Part shown: positions 11,389-24,900 of the stretch, in pieces
Layout of the letters: each line of letters begins with the position of its first letter
How positions within the stretch are numbered: the stretch's first letter is position 1
Assembly: GCF_009914755.1 (NCBI RefSeq)
Contig: NC_060941.1
Strand: one strand, 5' to 3'
Length of the DNA: 64,000 nucleotides
Origin: the human T2T-CHM13v2.0 reference genome, Homo sapiens
Position numbers and translations under genes: made by a program
The notes under the pieces: generated by a model
The model's database searches: none
Told to the model about the DNA's origin: nothing
The model's input: the letters and a program-made list of their open reading frames with translations, nothing else

Positions 11389-13019
11389 ACGCCCCACTCC
11401 TGCCAACTGCTGTTTATCCAGAGGGTAAAAATACATCTTCGAAAAGACCTGTCATCATGGCCAAGCATCTGCCAGCTGTCATTAGCCCAGGTTGGAGATG
11501 GGAAGGGGAAGCCGGCCACAGCTTCTGGCTCTGGAATGAGGGGCTTGCCTTCCACATCTTCGCAGGTTGGCGATGGACCCCATCTTCCATGGATGCTAGT
11601 CCTGGAAAGGCAGACCGGCAACAGCCGAATGCTCTGTTCCCCCTGACACCAGTGGAGGCTACTGAGAACGCCTGGTCACGTGGCTCCTCCCAGGTGGAAA
11701 TGGCATCCTCATCCCGGTTCATGTGAGCCAGGCAAATGTTTGTGTCTGTGTGTGGTATGGGGAGTGTGCCACACGTTTAGGCTTGGCCGGTGAGCATCAG
11801 TCATGAGTAATAACTGCCCTGTGAAACCGAGAGAGACTCATCGTAAAGCTGCAAGAAGCTGGTAAGGCATGGTCTGTCTCGGCGGCAAGGTGAGCTGAAT
11901 ATTCGCACTTCTCTCTAAATAGGTGGGAAGAACTGAGATCAGAACCCTCTACCCACCCCCACTCCAGCCCCAGGCCTTTCCTTGACCGGGGAAGGAAGAG
12001 ATGCAGGAGGAGGAAGAAGAGGAGAAGGGGAGGAAGAAAGGAAAGAAGAAAAGAAAGAAGAAAGCAGGAAGGAGATCAGTAAATATCCAAAATGCTACAT
12101 TAAAATGGGAATGTAACGCACTTTTTTTAAGAGTTCGAACCTTATAGACCATCTGGCAGAAGGAGAAATTAGAATACAAAATACCCAGAGTGTCATCCCA
12201 AGGAATAAAATGCCTTTGCAAGGAGTCTAAAATCTACAGATGGTTCAGGTCCATGTGTAAATTTTGAGATGGGTCAAAATTTCTGTCTCTTTCTTGGACT
12301 TTGGTACCTTGTTCTCCTCTTGGAGTGCCCATGGCAGCCCTGGAGCTGGAATACAACATCTAGTAGGGGTAGAGGACAGAAGATAGGGGTGGGGTGGGAA
12401 TGGAAGGAGGGATGGGAGTAAGGATCTGGATCAAGGGATCTAGTCCTTCCCTTTTCATTTCCCTTTCTTTGTAAGATGGGCTAGAAGTAAGACAGCCTCT
12501 AAGAAGGGCTAGAAGAACTAAGGACAGGGTGGGAGTCGGGAGGGTAAATGATGAATGAGTTACTTGGATCTGATATGATACTCAATACTTCACAGGATAT
12601 GGAATTTTAGAGCTGGGAGGAACCCCTGAAACATCATCTGGTCCAGGGTTTTATATCAGAATTGCCTAAAAGGGGGCCTTTTGAAAAATACAGATTCCCA
12701 AACTGTATTCCAGTCCTTATGATAAATCAGAATGTGTGCTTATGAGAGCTTGAGAAGCTATATATTTTAAACTTTCTCAGGTAACTTGGGTTACATTAGG
12801 AAACACTGATATAATCTAATCCTATCATGACCATCACTGCCAAGCACTTGTGTTTTACAGAAGATGATACCAAGGCCCAGAGATGACACATCCGTGGTAG
12901 ATTGGACCCATGGCCCAGATGTTCTCCCTCCTGGTCCACTGTTTCTTCCACCATACCACATCCACAGATGGGCACCTCTGAGTGAGTATAATACAGCAAT
13001 GTCTATGGCAGACGTGTCC

Positions 13020-13327
13020 TTTTTTGTTTGTTTGTTTGTTTTTTTGAGATGGAGTCTCACTCTGCTGCCCAGGCTGGAGCGCAGTAGCTTGATCTTGGCT
13101 CATGGCAACTTCCGCCTCCTGGGCTCAAACGATGCTCCTGACTTAGCCTCCCAAGTACCTGGGATTACAGGCACGCACCAACAAGCCCAGCTAATTGCTG
13201 TATTTTTAGTAGAGACAGGGTTTCGCCATGTCGCACAGGCTGGTCTGGATCTCCTGACCTCAAGTGATCTGCCCGCCTCGGCCTCCCGAAGTGCTGGGAT
13301 TACAGGCGTGAGCCACTGCACCCGGCC
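13020..13327 (-). mobile_element. Alu
   Basis: Full antisense Alu with T-rich tail. Confidence 0.93.
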
Positions 13328-15159
13328 GACACATCCTTTTACATATTTATTTATTTTAATAAGAGGTCAAGCATTCCCAGGATAAAAGGTACAAAAGAGT
13401 AGAAAGTCTTCCTCATCTTCCAATGTCTCACCATTCAGTTCTCCTGCCTCTCACCCACCCCCTCGCTGCTCCCATAATTACTTAACCCCTGTGTACCTGA
13501 ATTTCTTCATCTATAAAACAGAAATTAGGATAATAATAGTAGCAGTGTCGTAGAGCTGTTTTGATTAAATGAGTAAATATAAATGTATACATATTGAACA
13601 CTTGGTTGTTTGAACAACTTGAAAATATAAATTATCATACTTTTATATTTAACAATTCATATACTCATGAGCATTTACTCAGATTAAGTACAACATTCAG
13701 TGTGCAACTCAAATTATACACTATGATTTCAATTGTGTAAATGTACATGTCATGATGAGGACTTGAAGTCCTCATGGTGGTGTTATTTTTCTTCTGCAAT
13801 TTATTTCACTGTTGGTCTTTCCACACAAATTGGGCAGCAGTAGGGACTTTTTATATTTACTGCCCCCAGGGTAGGGTTATTACTGTAGAAATGCAGAGAG
13901 AATGACTTAGGTCAATGCTTAGCTTATACAATTCAAAGTAGACTTTTGCAATGCAGGAGAGTGGGTGGTCAGATGACCAGGTCCATCTAGCCGCCTGGAT
14001 GGGGTAATGAGAGGATGTAGACGTAGAGGATGTAGTTCTTTTGTGGACTAAAAGAACTCTAATATCTTGGTTGATGCCATGAGAGGGATGATAGGGCCAA
14101 GAGTAAGAGAGAACCATGTATATTTCAGCAAATTCCCACCATGAACCTGTTGCCAGCCTCTTGAAGGCTATGAAATTTCCATTTGATTCAAACATAACAC
14201 CCCTCAAAGCTCAGACACCTCCTCCAGATGAAGGTTGGGAGGGAGAAATCCTGAATGATTTCTGTGTTTACATAGAACTGACTTTTATTTTTTTCCCCCA
14301 TAAGGTGGAATGAGGGTTTGAAATAAGTTTAAACAGTCTCAGAGGAAAATAAAGTTATATATTTTTAACATATCTTAGAACATGAATTTTGAAATTTGTA
14401 ACTAATATATGTTATTATATATTTATATATGTATATATCTTTATGGATACTTATCTACATTAATATAAATATTTACATGCAGATATTTGAAAAAACACTA
14501 AAAGGAAAACTAAAGTATTAGCAGTAAATGTATTTATTGTGGCATGATAAATGATTTTTATTTTCTTCTCTTTTTTGTATTTTTTAGAAATTTGCAGTGT
14601 GTAGGTATGAAATTTATAATGTAAACATTTTATTATTATTATTATTTGAATACAGTGTCAAAGGCAAATGAAAACCTGGGAACAATACAAGTAACTCATA
14701 GACAAAGCTTGCTTTCATTTTCTATTTAACAAAGGATTTCCATCAATCAAAGAGAAAGACCAGCAACCGAGTAGAAAAATTGACAATGGAGATGAAAAGA
14801 TAATTCATGGAAGAGGGAATATGAATAGCATTTGAGCATATGAAATATTGCTTAGTTGCATTCACAATAACAGAAAAGCAGATTAAAACAATTCCAAAAT
14901 CCTATCTGTTACCAGATTTGCAAGGTCATATATTTTGATAACACATTATGTAATAAGGAGTGAAGAGACAGATAGTCTCACACATTGCTGATGGGAGTGT
15001 AAATTGGTACAACCTTTATGGCAATATCCATCAAAATTACCAATGCAAAAACTAATTGATCCAATAATTTATATTCTAAGAGTTTACGACAGGGATATAT
15101 CAAGATATATATAAAATGATGTAAGTATACAGTATCTGTTGCAACATGGCTCCAGAATC

Positions 15160-17150
15160 AACACTATCAAACTACCAACATCATTTTTAACAGAATTTGA
15201 AAAAACTATTCTAAATTTCATATGGAACCAGAAAAGATCCCAAAGAGCCAATGCAATCCTAAGCAGAAAGAACAAAGTGGAAGGTATCACGTTACCCAAT
15301 TTCAAACTATAGTGTAAAGCTACAGTAACCAAAACAGCATGGTACTGGTACAAAAACAGACATATACAATGGAACAGAATAGAGAATCCGGAAATAAAGC
15401 TGCTCACCTACAGCCACCTGATCTTTGACAAAGTTAACAAAAATAAGCATTGGGGAAAGGACTCCCGATTCAATAAATGGTGCTGGGATAACTGGCTAGC
15501 CATATGCAGAAGAATTAAACAACCTCTGTATTTCACCATATAGAAAAATTAACTCAAGATGGATTAAAGATTTAAATGTAAGGCCTCAAACTATAAGAAT
15601 CCTAGAAGAAAAACTAGGAAACATCATTCTGAACACTAGTCTTGGGAAAAAATGCATTACTAAGTTCTCAAAAACAAATGCAACAAAAACAAAAATTGAC
15701 AAGTGGGATCTATTTAAATGAAAGAGCTTCAGCACAGTAAAAGAAACTATCAACAGAGTAAACAGATAACCTATAGAATGGAAGAAAATATCCACAAACT
15801 ATGCATCCAAAAAAGATCTAATATCCAGAATCTATGAAAAACTTAAACAATTCAACAAGGAAAAAACAAATGACCCTGTTAAAAAGTGGGCAAAAGACAT
15901 GAACAGACACTTCTCAAAAGAAGACATGCGAGTGGTCAACAAACATGTGAAAAAATGCTCCACATCATTAATCATCAGAGAAATGCAAATCAAAACCACA
16001 GTAAGATACCATCTCACACCAGTCAGAATGGCAATTATTAAAAAGTCAAAAAACAACAGATGTTGGTGAGGGTGTAGAGAAAAGGGACCGCTTATACACT
16101 GTTGGTGGGAATGTAAATTAGTTCAGCCACTGTGGAACGCAGTTTAGAGATTTCTCAAAGAACTTCAAATAGAACTACCATTCAACCCAGCAATCCCATT
16201 ACTGGGTGTATTAGTCTGTTCTTGCACTACTATGAAGAAATGCCTGAGACTGGGTAATTTAGAAAGAAAAGAGGATTAATTGGCTCACAGTTTCATAAGC
16301 TATACAGGAAGCATGATGCAGGCATCTTCTCAGGTTCTGGGGAGGCCTCAGAAAACTTACAATCATGGCAGCAGGCAAAGGGTAGCTGGCACTTCACATG
16401 GCCAGGGCAGGAGGAAGAGAGAGAGTGGGGAGATGCTACACACTTTTAAATGACCAGATCTCACAAGAACTCACTCACTATCACAACCAAGGGGGCTAGT
16501 GCTAAACCATTCATCAGAAATCACCCCTGTGATCCAATCACCTCCCACCAGGACCCACCTGCAACGCTGGGAATTAACAACTGAACATGAGATTTGGGCA
16601 GGAACACAGATCCAAATTATATCACTGGGTATACATCCAAAAGAAAATAAATCGTTCTACCAAAAAAACACACATCCACTTATATGTTCATTGCAGCACT
16701 ATTCACAATAGCAAAGACATAGAATCAGCCTAAATGCCCATCAGCAGTGGACTATGTAAGGAAAATGTGGCACACATACACCATGGAATACTACCTGGCC
16801 ATAAAAAAAAAAATCATGTCATTTGCAGCAACATGGATGCAGCTGGAGGCCATTATCCTAAGTGAATTAATACAAGAACAGAAAGCTAAATACCATGTGT
16901 TCTCACTTACAAGTGGGAGCTAAACAGTGAATTCACATGGACGTAAATATGGCAACAATAGACACTGGAGACTATGAGAGGGGAAAGGGAAGGAGAGGAG
17001 CAAGGGTAGAAAAACTAACTATTGGTTACTATGCTCACTATCTGGATGATGAGATCAATTGTACCACAAACCTCAGCATATATACCCAGGTAGCAAACCT
17101 ACACGTATACCCCCTGAATCCAAAAGAAAAGTTGAAATTATTTTTTTAAT
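15160..17150 (+). mobile_element. L1 (L1PB/L1PA-like) ORF2 3' part and 3' UTR, interrupted by an MST LTR
   Basis: Continuous L1 ORF2/3' UTR homology (aaactatag..gctacagtaaccaaaacagcatggtactgg..). Confidence 0.88.
16207..16624. mobile_element. MST (ERVL-MaLR) solo LTR
   Basis: tgtattagtctg...atatca with 5-bp TSD ctggg. Confidence 0.85.
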
Positions 17151-17744
17151 TACTCTCCAGAAAAATTGTCCTCATTTGTGTTCACTTCACAGTGCCTTCG
17201 CCAATATTAGTTGTTATTTTTAAAATCTCTTTGTCAATTGGGTAGGCCAATTATGAAGTCTCATTATAGTATTTATTTGTACTTAGTAATTATCATTGCA
17301 TATTTTTATAGGCCACTGTTATTTCCTTTTTAGAAATTATCTGCTCATTCTAATTAGCTACCCATCTTTCCCACCTTACTTATATGAACTTATTTTATTA
17401 TGCCAGGTATATTAACTTTTCGTTGTGTCACTCACACATGTTGCAAAATTTGTCCCAGGGTGTATCACTTTCTTTTAGTTGTGTCTATATTTTTACGCAC
17501 AGAAATTTCTTTCTATGTAGGGAAATCTTTTTTTCCTAGTGTTTTATGTTTCAAAAGTTCTCCTCCATCCCCAAATCAGACAACTATTTGCTTTATTTTC
17601 ATCTATTTTATGGTTGTATTTTTTATACTTAATGCTGCTATCCATCAGGAATTTACTTTGGTGTGTGGCAGATACTGCTTTACAAAAAAAAAAAAAAATC
17701 CTAGTTTTCCTAATTGGGGAACTTGACTGCCTATTAAATGAAGT

Positions 17745-17968
17745 TTGCTGACAAGATCCTGCCTCTACAAAAAATTAAAAAATAAAAAATTTGCTGGGTG
17801 TGGTGGTGCATGCCTGTAGTCCCAGCTACTCAGAAGGCTGAGGCAGGAGGATGGCTTGAGCCTAAGAGCTCAAGGCTGCAGTGACTGAGCTCAAGGAGCC
17901 ATGATCAAGCCACTACACTCCAGCCTGGGCAATGGAGCGAGACCCTGTCTCTAATAAATAAAAAAAAT
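17745..17968 (+). mobile_element. 5'-truncated Alu (J-type)
   Basis: Alu linker plus right monomer. Confidence 0.85.
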
Positions 17969-18957
17969 AGTTTCTGTACAAGAAAGAACAGAATGTAGAG
18001 ATCAAAAACGCAATCATGTCGTCTGTTCTGGCAGCCTCTAGTGTTCATCTCATGATATTACACAAGCAGCTTCTAGTGTTTCCTTTAGAAGCACTCACAA
18101 GACAGGCTCTGACACTAGATTCACCAGAAGCAACTCAACAAAAATTTGGTTTGATGAGAGAAGCTTATTATATTTACATGGAACTAATTTAAACCATGCA
18201 TCCAATTAACGATCTCTTAGCAAAGGAGACACATTATCAGTCCCTCCCTCATGCCAGGCCCTGCTGTGAGCACTTTATACGTGTTTTCTTGGTTAATGCT
18301 CAAGATAGCTCAACACAAGTATTAATATCCTTATTTTGTGCATGAAGAAACTGGAGCTCATGGTGATCAATTACTTTACCCAGACAATGCAGAGCTTGGA
18401 TTTGAACCCAGATCTGTCTGTTTCTGAAGCCCATCTTCCCTCCTCTATGTCTGGCTTTCTGAGAGAACCACAGAAAATTGCAAAGGCCCTGAGGCAGGAG
18501 CGTGATTGGCATGCTTGAGGCCCAGAGGGGAAGTCTGCATCTGGTCTGGTCTGGTGTGAGCAGGGGAGAGCGGCAGACAGCTCAGGGGAAGAAGAAGGCC
18601 CAGGTTCAATGACCTGAGGCCGTTGCAAGGCTCTAGCTGTCACTCAGAGGAGATGGAGAGCCAGCAGAGGGTCCTGGGTAGAGGAAGGCTCAGCTGTGGC
18701 TCAGGCGTTAACCATTCACTGCCCTCTGTCCTCTGCCTTCAACCCTCAACTTTTTGCCTCTCCACTCCACCATGCTGGGTGGGGAGGGCTGAAGTTAGGG
18801 AGCACCCACAGAGGCTCTGATGCTGGCCCTGGGACCCAGGAGTGAGAGTGATGAGGAACTGGCTGCACACATGAGTAGGGCAGCCGGATCTGGCCAGAGA
18901 AGCAACACATGCACCCTTTATCTTGGACCCCTCACCCTGGCTCCCTCTGAGTTGCAG

Positions 18958-21900
18958 GGATGCCCAGCTGGGCTGCCAGCGGACATGGGGCCTCACTATG
19001 CTGACATCTACAAAGGCACTGATCGCCTTGGGATTCTGCAGTGAGTCCTCATCCCTTAAAGCACCAATCTCAGCTCAGGGATGGGTTTTGCCCTTAGAAA
19101 GGCCTTTCTGAGGCAAGATGTGTCTACCTGGCTCCAGCCAACCTCCTTTTCAGGGCCAGAACTCCTCCCTGGCACCCCTGCAGGTCCAGCCCATGGTCGT
19201 TGTTAGGCCAGAGGTGCGTGGCCCATCTAGGGAGCGTGGTTCATCTAGGGAGTGGGTGGGAATGGAGAGAGGGCTAGGTCAGGCCCCTGGGCTCTCAGCA
19301 GTTCTGTCTCCAAGTTAGCACAAGAGGAGGGGGGCAGCCTGAGGGTCTGGCCCTGTCCACTTTCTGAGATCCAAGGGTTGTGGCCACAGGGTGAGGGGAT
19401 GCTTGGCCCAGCCTGGGGGCAGTTGTCCGGCAGATCTCTGAGGGCCCACCTGCCTGTCTTCTTCCCCATTCCCCATGGGGAAGGGCATGGGGAGAATGAG
19501 GGCTGTGGCCCTGGGGGAATGGGGGAGAAGATGGGTAGGGCCATGTTCTGGGCGTCTCACGGTGAGACCAGGGAAGCAGCAGAGCTTGTGGCTAAAGGCC
19601 CTGGATCTGGTGCTGGGAAGGAATCTGGGGCCAGGTAGGAGCCCAGCCTGGAGCTGATCCCTCGGGGGTCATAGGATAGAGAAACAGAGGATCCCAGGGA
19701 AGGTGGGGTGGGAGTGAGCTTATGGGCTGTGCCACTTCTGAAATGCACCCCAAAGGAGCCGATGGTCTGGTGAGGATGACAGAAGGGGTGGAGCCAAAAA
19801 CACCAACTCACCTGGGACTCGTCAGCAGAGTCCCAGCAGAGGGAGCCGGTCAGTCCCCAAGGCTCTGCGTGGCTTTCCAGAGACTCTGCTTCCAGTTGGC
19901 TTGGACAGCACGGTGTGCAGAAAGTGATGGGGGAGACTGACTTAAGGCAGGCGGGACAGTGGGAGAGGACAGTCAGGCGCCCCAATCCCAGCTGCTGCAG
20001 TGTCTGGGAGGAGGCTGAGGGCTGACAGCCAAGGGCTCCAAGAGCCAGGTGAGGCTGGAGGTGGGGCAGGGAAGCCATCCTGGCCATCTGTGGGGTCCTC
20101 GGTCACCCATGTCACCCTTGGCATCTCCCCAGCAGCCATCGGCAGCCCAATGAGAGAGCAGACAAGGCAGGCATGTGAACAGATCTGGGGAGTATCACTC
20201 GGGGGTTCTGACAGGACAAGGATCAAAGAAGGGCCAGGGTGGCTGGGGAAACATTCACCATCTCTGGGTTGACAGGATGGCAGAAATTGGGGAACAAGCA
20301 GGGTGGGTGGCTGGAGTGCAGGGAGAGGCAGGTGGATGCCGGGAGGTCAGACCCTGTGAGGGCTTGGGAATGTCGGGTGGGATGGGCCCTGGATGCACCC
20401 TGGGTACACCAGGCAAGTCTCAGGCCAGGATCCCTAAACCTCAGCAGGGTGATGTGGTCACTCCCTGAGGGACTCCTGTCAGGGCCCGGCTACCCACCCT
20501 GGGTGGCACCTGTCCCGTCTCGGGCTGATTTTTCTCAGCCACCCTGGCCAGGTGACCTCCACTTTTAGTGAAGGCACCTTCCTGTGTCGCCAACTTATCT
20601 GGAGCCTTTAGAATGTCTCTGCTGAGGGCCCCACAGAAGCCCAGGACTGAACGGATACCCCCAGGGCTACACAGGTACCCCCAGGCCCCAAATGAGACGC
20701 CTTTTATCTCCATCAACAGAGGACATCTTATCCCCCCGTGGCTGCCCTCTGTGGCCTGGAGCCACACCCTCTGGCTCTGATTCTGTGCAACTGACTGTCC
20801 CCTCCGTGAGAGTCCTCCTGCCCTCCTGCTGGCCAGGCTCCAGCTGCCCTTGGTGCCCACAGATGGGTCGATGAAGCCCAGATGGCAGCATCTCCCCTTC
20901 CCATGTACCCTGGCCCGACCCCACTTCCAGGAGACGACCACGAAACCCAGCACCCACCCAGTTCTTCCCGCCCTCTGTCATGGCCTCAAAGTCAGCCTTG
21001 CCTTCCTAGCACCCGGGCCCAGGAGGCCTCCAGGAGCACCTCCGGCCAGGCTCCAGAGGATGTTCCCATCCCTCTTCCCCAGGGCCAAGGCCGCATGGTG
21101 GGGTCACCAGGTGGGAGGGTGGGAGGCCCGGTGTTCATGGGCCTTTGCAGCTGCCCAGCAATTCCAGCCGACAGTTCCACATCTTGGGAACAGGCTCTGA
21201 TTTCATGATGGGCTGGAGGCTTCTCAGGATTCCACAGCCCAAATGGCACAGGGGTCCAGGGGCTCCAAGACCACCAGGAGCATGTGGTACCCACGTCACA
21301 CCCCAAGACCATGAGGCACTTGGTGAGTTTATGGTCCCCTCGACTCTTCCCTAGAGGCCCAGCATCCCATGGGGCCAGAGGAGTCGGGGGTGCTGGAGCC
21401 CCTCGTGGGGCTGGTGAGAGGCTGAGTCCCAGCCAGGGCCTGACCTGGGACGTGGGGTTCTCCATGTACTGGGAGTTGGGTTTCCTTTCCTGCCCTGGAG
21501 GAGACAGAGGCACAGGGACAGGGGCCCAGCTCCTGCAGAGCAGGGCTGAGGGCAGTGTGTCCACTGGGAATGCAGGAAGGGGGAAGGTGTTGTGGGGAGC
21601 CCTGGACACCACCCAGTACTCTGCACTTGGGGAAGGGTCTTCAGAGGGCCCTAGAAGAAGGAGGTTTTTAGGGCAGGCTAGGGGGCCCTGAGCACCTCTG
21701 TTCCTCCTGTCGGGACACGGAAGGGCTATGTGCTCAAGGTTCCTCATTAGCTTGGCTTCTACAGAGGGTGATCAATGGGATAAGGAGGCACAGGGAGACC
21801 GTGGCTCAGGGACCCTCCTTGCCCTGCAGTGCTCTACTTCCCCAGCCCAGGGGTCTGGCTCACCCCCAGCCCACAGGAGGCTCAGGCAGGTCCCTGTAGG

Positions 21901-24900
21901 ACACACAAGCAAGGCCCTCTGCCCAAGAGGGGTCATCCCCCAGCAGAGGCCAGGGCTCAGGCCCAGCCTCATGGATAGACTGACCCAGGACCTAACTTGG
22001 GAGGGCTCAGGGAAGCCAGACCCAGCCTCCTGGAGGGGTCAGATGACCCTCATGGGGAGGGTCACTGACTCTGGGGGACTGAAGCCCCAGTGGGCCCAGA
22101 TCCAGCCACCAGCCTCCAGCCTGGACGAGCCAGGGCCTCCCACACCTGTGTCCCCACAGATCTCTCTCGGGCTCACCCTAAGCCTGTGGAGGGTGTATTT
22201 GGTAGAAAGGAACAGGTGTTGATGCCAATGGCACGCACTGCCTTTAAGGTTCAGAGGAGTAAGTCCACGTGTGCCCAGTGGGGCCTGGGAAGCTCTGGGG
22301 TCAGACCCCGACTGGCCCAAGGGCAGCTTCCTCACACTGTCCCCATGTTTCTCTGCTCCAGCCCAGAAGAAGGTCTGGCCTGGTGAGCAGGGCAGGGCAC
22401 AGTGATGCCGAGCCCATCCCGCACGTGACCCAGATGAAAGTCGGGAGTGTGGCAAGCACTTCCCTGCCCAGGCCTCCCCCAAACCACAGCCTCCTGTGCA
22501 CATCTGCACCCCTGTTGTGGCCACAAAATGATCCGGCACCACCCAGTGGGAGACGACAGAGGTGGCAATGGGGTGTCGGCTCTGACGCCTCCCAGGGAAC
22601 TTTCCTGGCCTGATCCTCACCCTGTCCCTAGAGCACCTCATGAAGGCTTCCAGGTCTGGCCTGTGGGCGCGTTTTCAGGACCAGTTCCCCCAAACCTGGG
22701 CCCTGGACAGTGATGCAGTTCTTAGGCACCTTCAGGCCTCTGTGCTCTGTAAGGAAACTACCAGGAAGCATGGGGACCTGCCACCCCCAGGAAGGCTCCA
22801 ATACCCAGTCCCCCCACCAAGTCACCTTCTGGGGCAGTCAATAGTGGGGGAGTGCCTGTGACCCCAAACCTGGGCCTTCCTCTTACATCTTTTCTTCCTC
22901 CTCTTCCTCCTGGATGCTAAGTAAGTGCAGGAGGCCCACCGGTCCTCAGGGCAGGCGCTCAGTGCGTGTGTACTGGTACTCAGTGCTGTGCACACAGGAG
23001 GGGGATGTGGGCAAGACCCTCCAACAAACCCCCTCCCACTTTCCATTGTCCTGCCCTCCCCCTCAAATGGCCCTCAAGGGCATTGGAAGAGCCAGGCCTA
23101 TTTGGGGGAGCCCCCGCCCCTCCCTGCAAGCACTGACAGACTCAGAGAGCAGCAGAGGACCCTCACTCCTGCACACCCTTCCAAGGGTGCCAGAAAAACA
23201 AGTCTCGAGCCAGGGAGACAAGGGAATTGGTGTCCCTGACTCCCAGAGCATTCAGGGAGAGGGCACGGGTGGGACCCCTGGCCCAGAGCCAGAGCCAAGA
23301 GTTCAGCCAGCTGTGGGAACAGTCAGTCCCGGCATGGACTGGGCAGCCCAGGAGGGCAGAAAGGGCCCTGTGTCCGGGTCCTCTCACCCACTGTGGAGAT
23401 AGGTCCCCATGTGAGGTGACAAGGGGGCTGGGTGACAACCAAGGCCCCTCCCACCTGAGTTCTGACTAGGGACTGTATCCCAGGCCCAACAGCCCTGGGA
23501 TGAGGGTGGTAAGGCAGGAAGCCCCCAGCCAGCCTGAACCCTGGGAGGCAGTCCCAGAAGGCAGTCCCAGGAGCCACCTCCCATGCCCATACAGCTTTCC
23601 CACCCCAGGCGGCACACACTCCCTCCCTCTGGGATCAGCAGCCTACAGGCGTGTCCTGTCAGGCCACGGGGGCCACACAGAGACCCTGAGGACTCTAGAG
23701 ACCCAGGCAGGTGGGGCCTGACCCGGAAAGATCTGCATGGGCTCACTGGAGATGCTGACCATATCTGTTTTCCTTTCAGCCAAACCTAAGCAAGGGTCCT
23801 CAGCACCCAGGCCTGAGCTGGCTTCACCGTGTGGCAGGAAGACCCTCTGCAAGGGGAGTAGGCAGGCTCCTCCAGGCCCACAAGCCCACTTCCAGCAGTG
23901 CATTTGGTCAGCTTCCCCGCCATGGGTGCCTCTTCCTTTCACACCCTGTCCTGTCTTGGTGGGGCTATCCCAGGGTGTGCCCAGACTGGCCCCAGCTCAG
24001 GGAGGACCTCGGGTTTCCTGGAGGTACCTGCAGTGGAACTCCCTGCCTCAGCTCCCAATGGACTCGGACGTGGTGAGCCCTTGGTTTCCCCATTATGATT
24101 TCGAACAGGGCTGTTGGGCCCGTGTCCCCTCCAAATGTGTCCTGGACAGCCCTGGGACCATGGGACAGACCTAGCCCAGGAAGCCCATGGGGACCTCGAC
24201 ACCAGGCCCTGCCCAGGCCCATCAGGACTAAGAAGGAGATCAGGAGATACCCCCACTGCAACATGGGCACCTGTATCTGGAAGGAACCAGGGTGGCACCC
24301 ACCAGCTTCCCCGCAGCCCCAGATACCTTGGAAGATCCCATTCAATGGGGAAGCTGGTCCCATCAAGGCCACAAGAGAGAGACGTGAGCACGGCATCCCT
24401 GCAGCCCCAGACAGCCAGCAGTATGGACCTGGGGCACAATACCCAGGCCAAGAGTGGCCTGGCCTAGACCCCAGCCCTGGGAAGAGAGGGGTACCAGGGC
24501 TGTGGTGGGCTCCCAGCTGCAGTCAGCATGACCATGCAGGGGACCCTGGCACTGCAGAGCTCTGCATTGTCACAATTCACCTTACAGAACCGGGGAGAGA
24601 TCTCGAAGCCTTGCAGCCACTGCTGCAGCCACAGCAGGTGCCACCACCACGTGCCTTCCAGCTGCCAGTGCAGGCTCTCCTGACAGCAGGGCACCCTGCA
24701 GCCCTCACCTCAGCAGCTCAGACTCTGAAGGTATCTGTTGTTCATGTTCCCAGTGCTCCCACCAAAGAGAATTACTACAGAGAATACTCTTGGTCCTGAG
24801 GTGGGCAAAACAGCATGCCCTGTGGATGGAGCCGGCTTCTTTCCCAGCCACCATGCTTGCTGGATGGGCCCGCAGAGCAAGTGGCCATGAGACGGGCATG

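Noticed and set aside
12864-13385. 173-aa ORF, and similar ORFs at 5280, 56619 and 62813
   Set aside because: Translations of Alu or L1 sequence.
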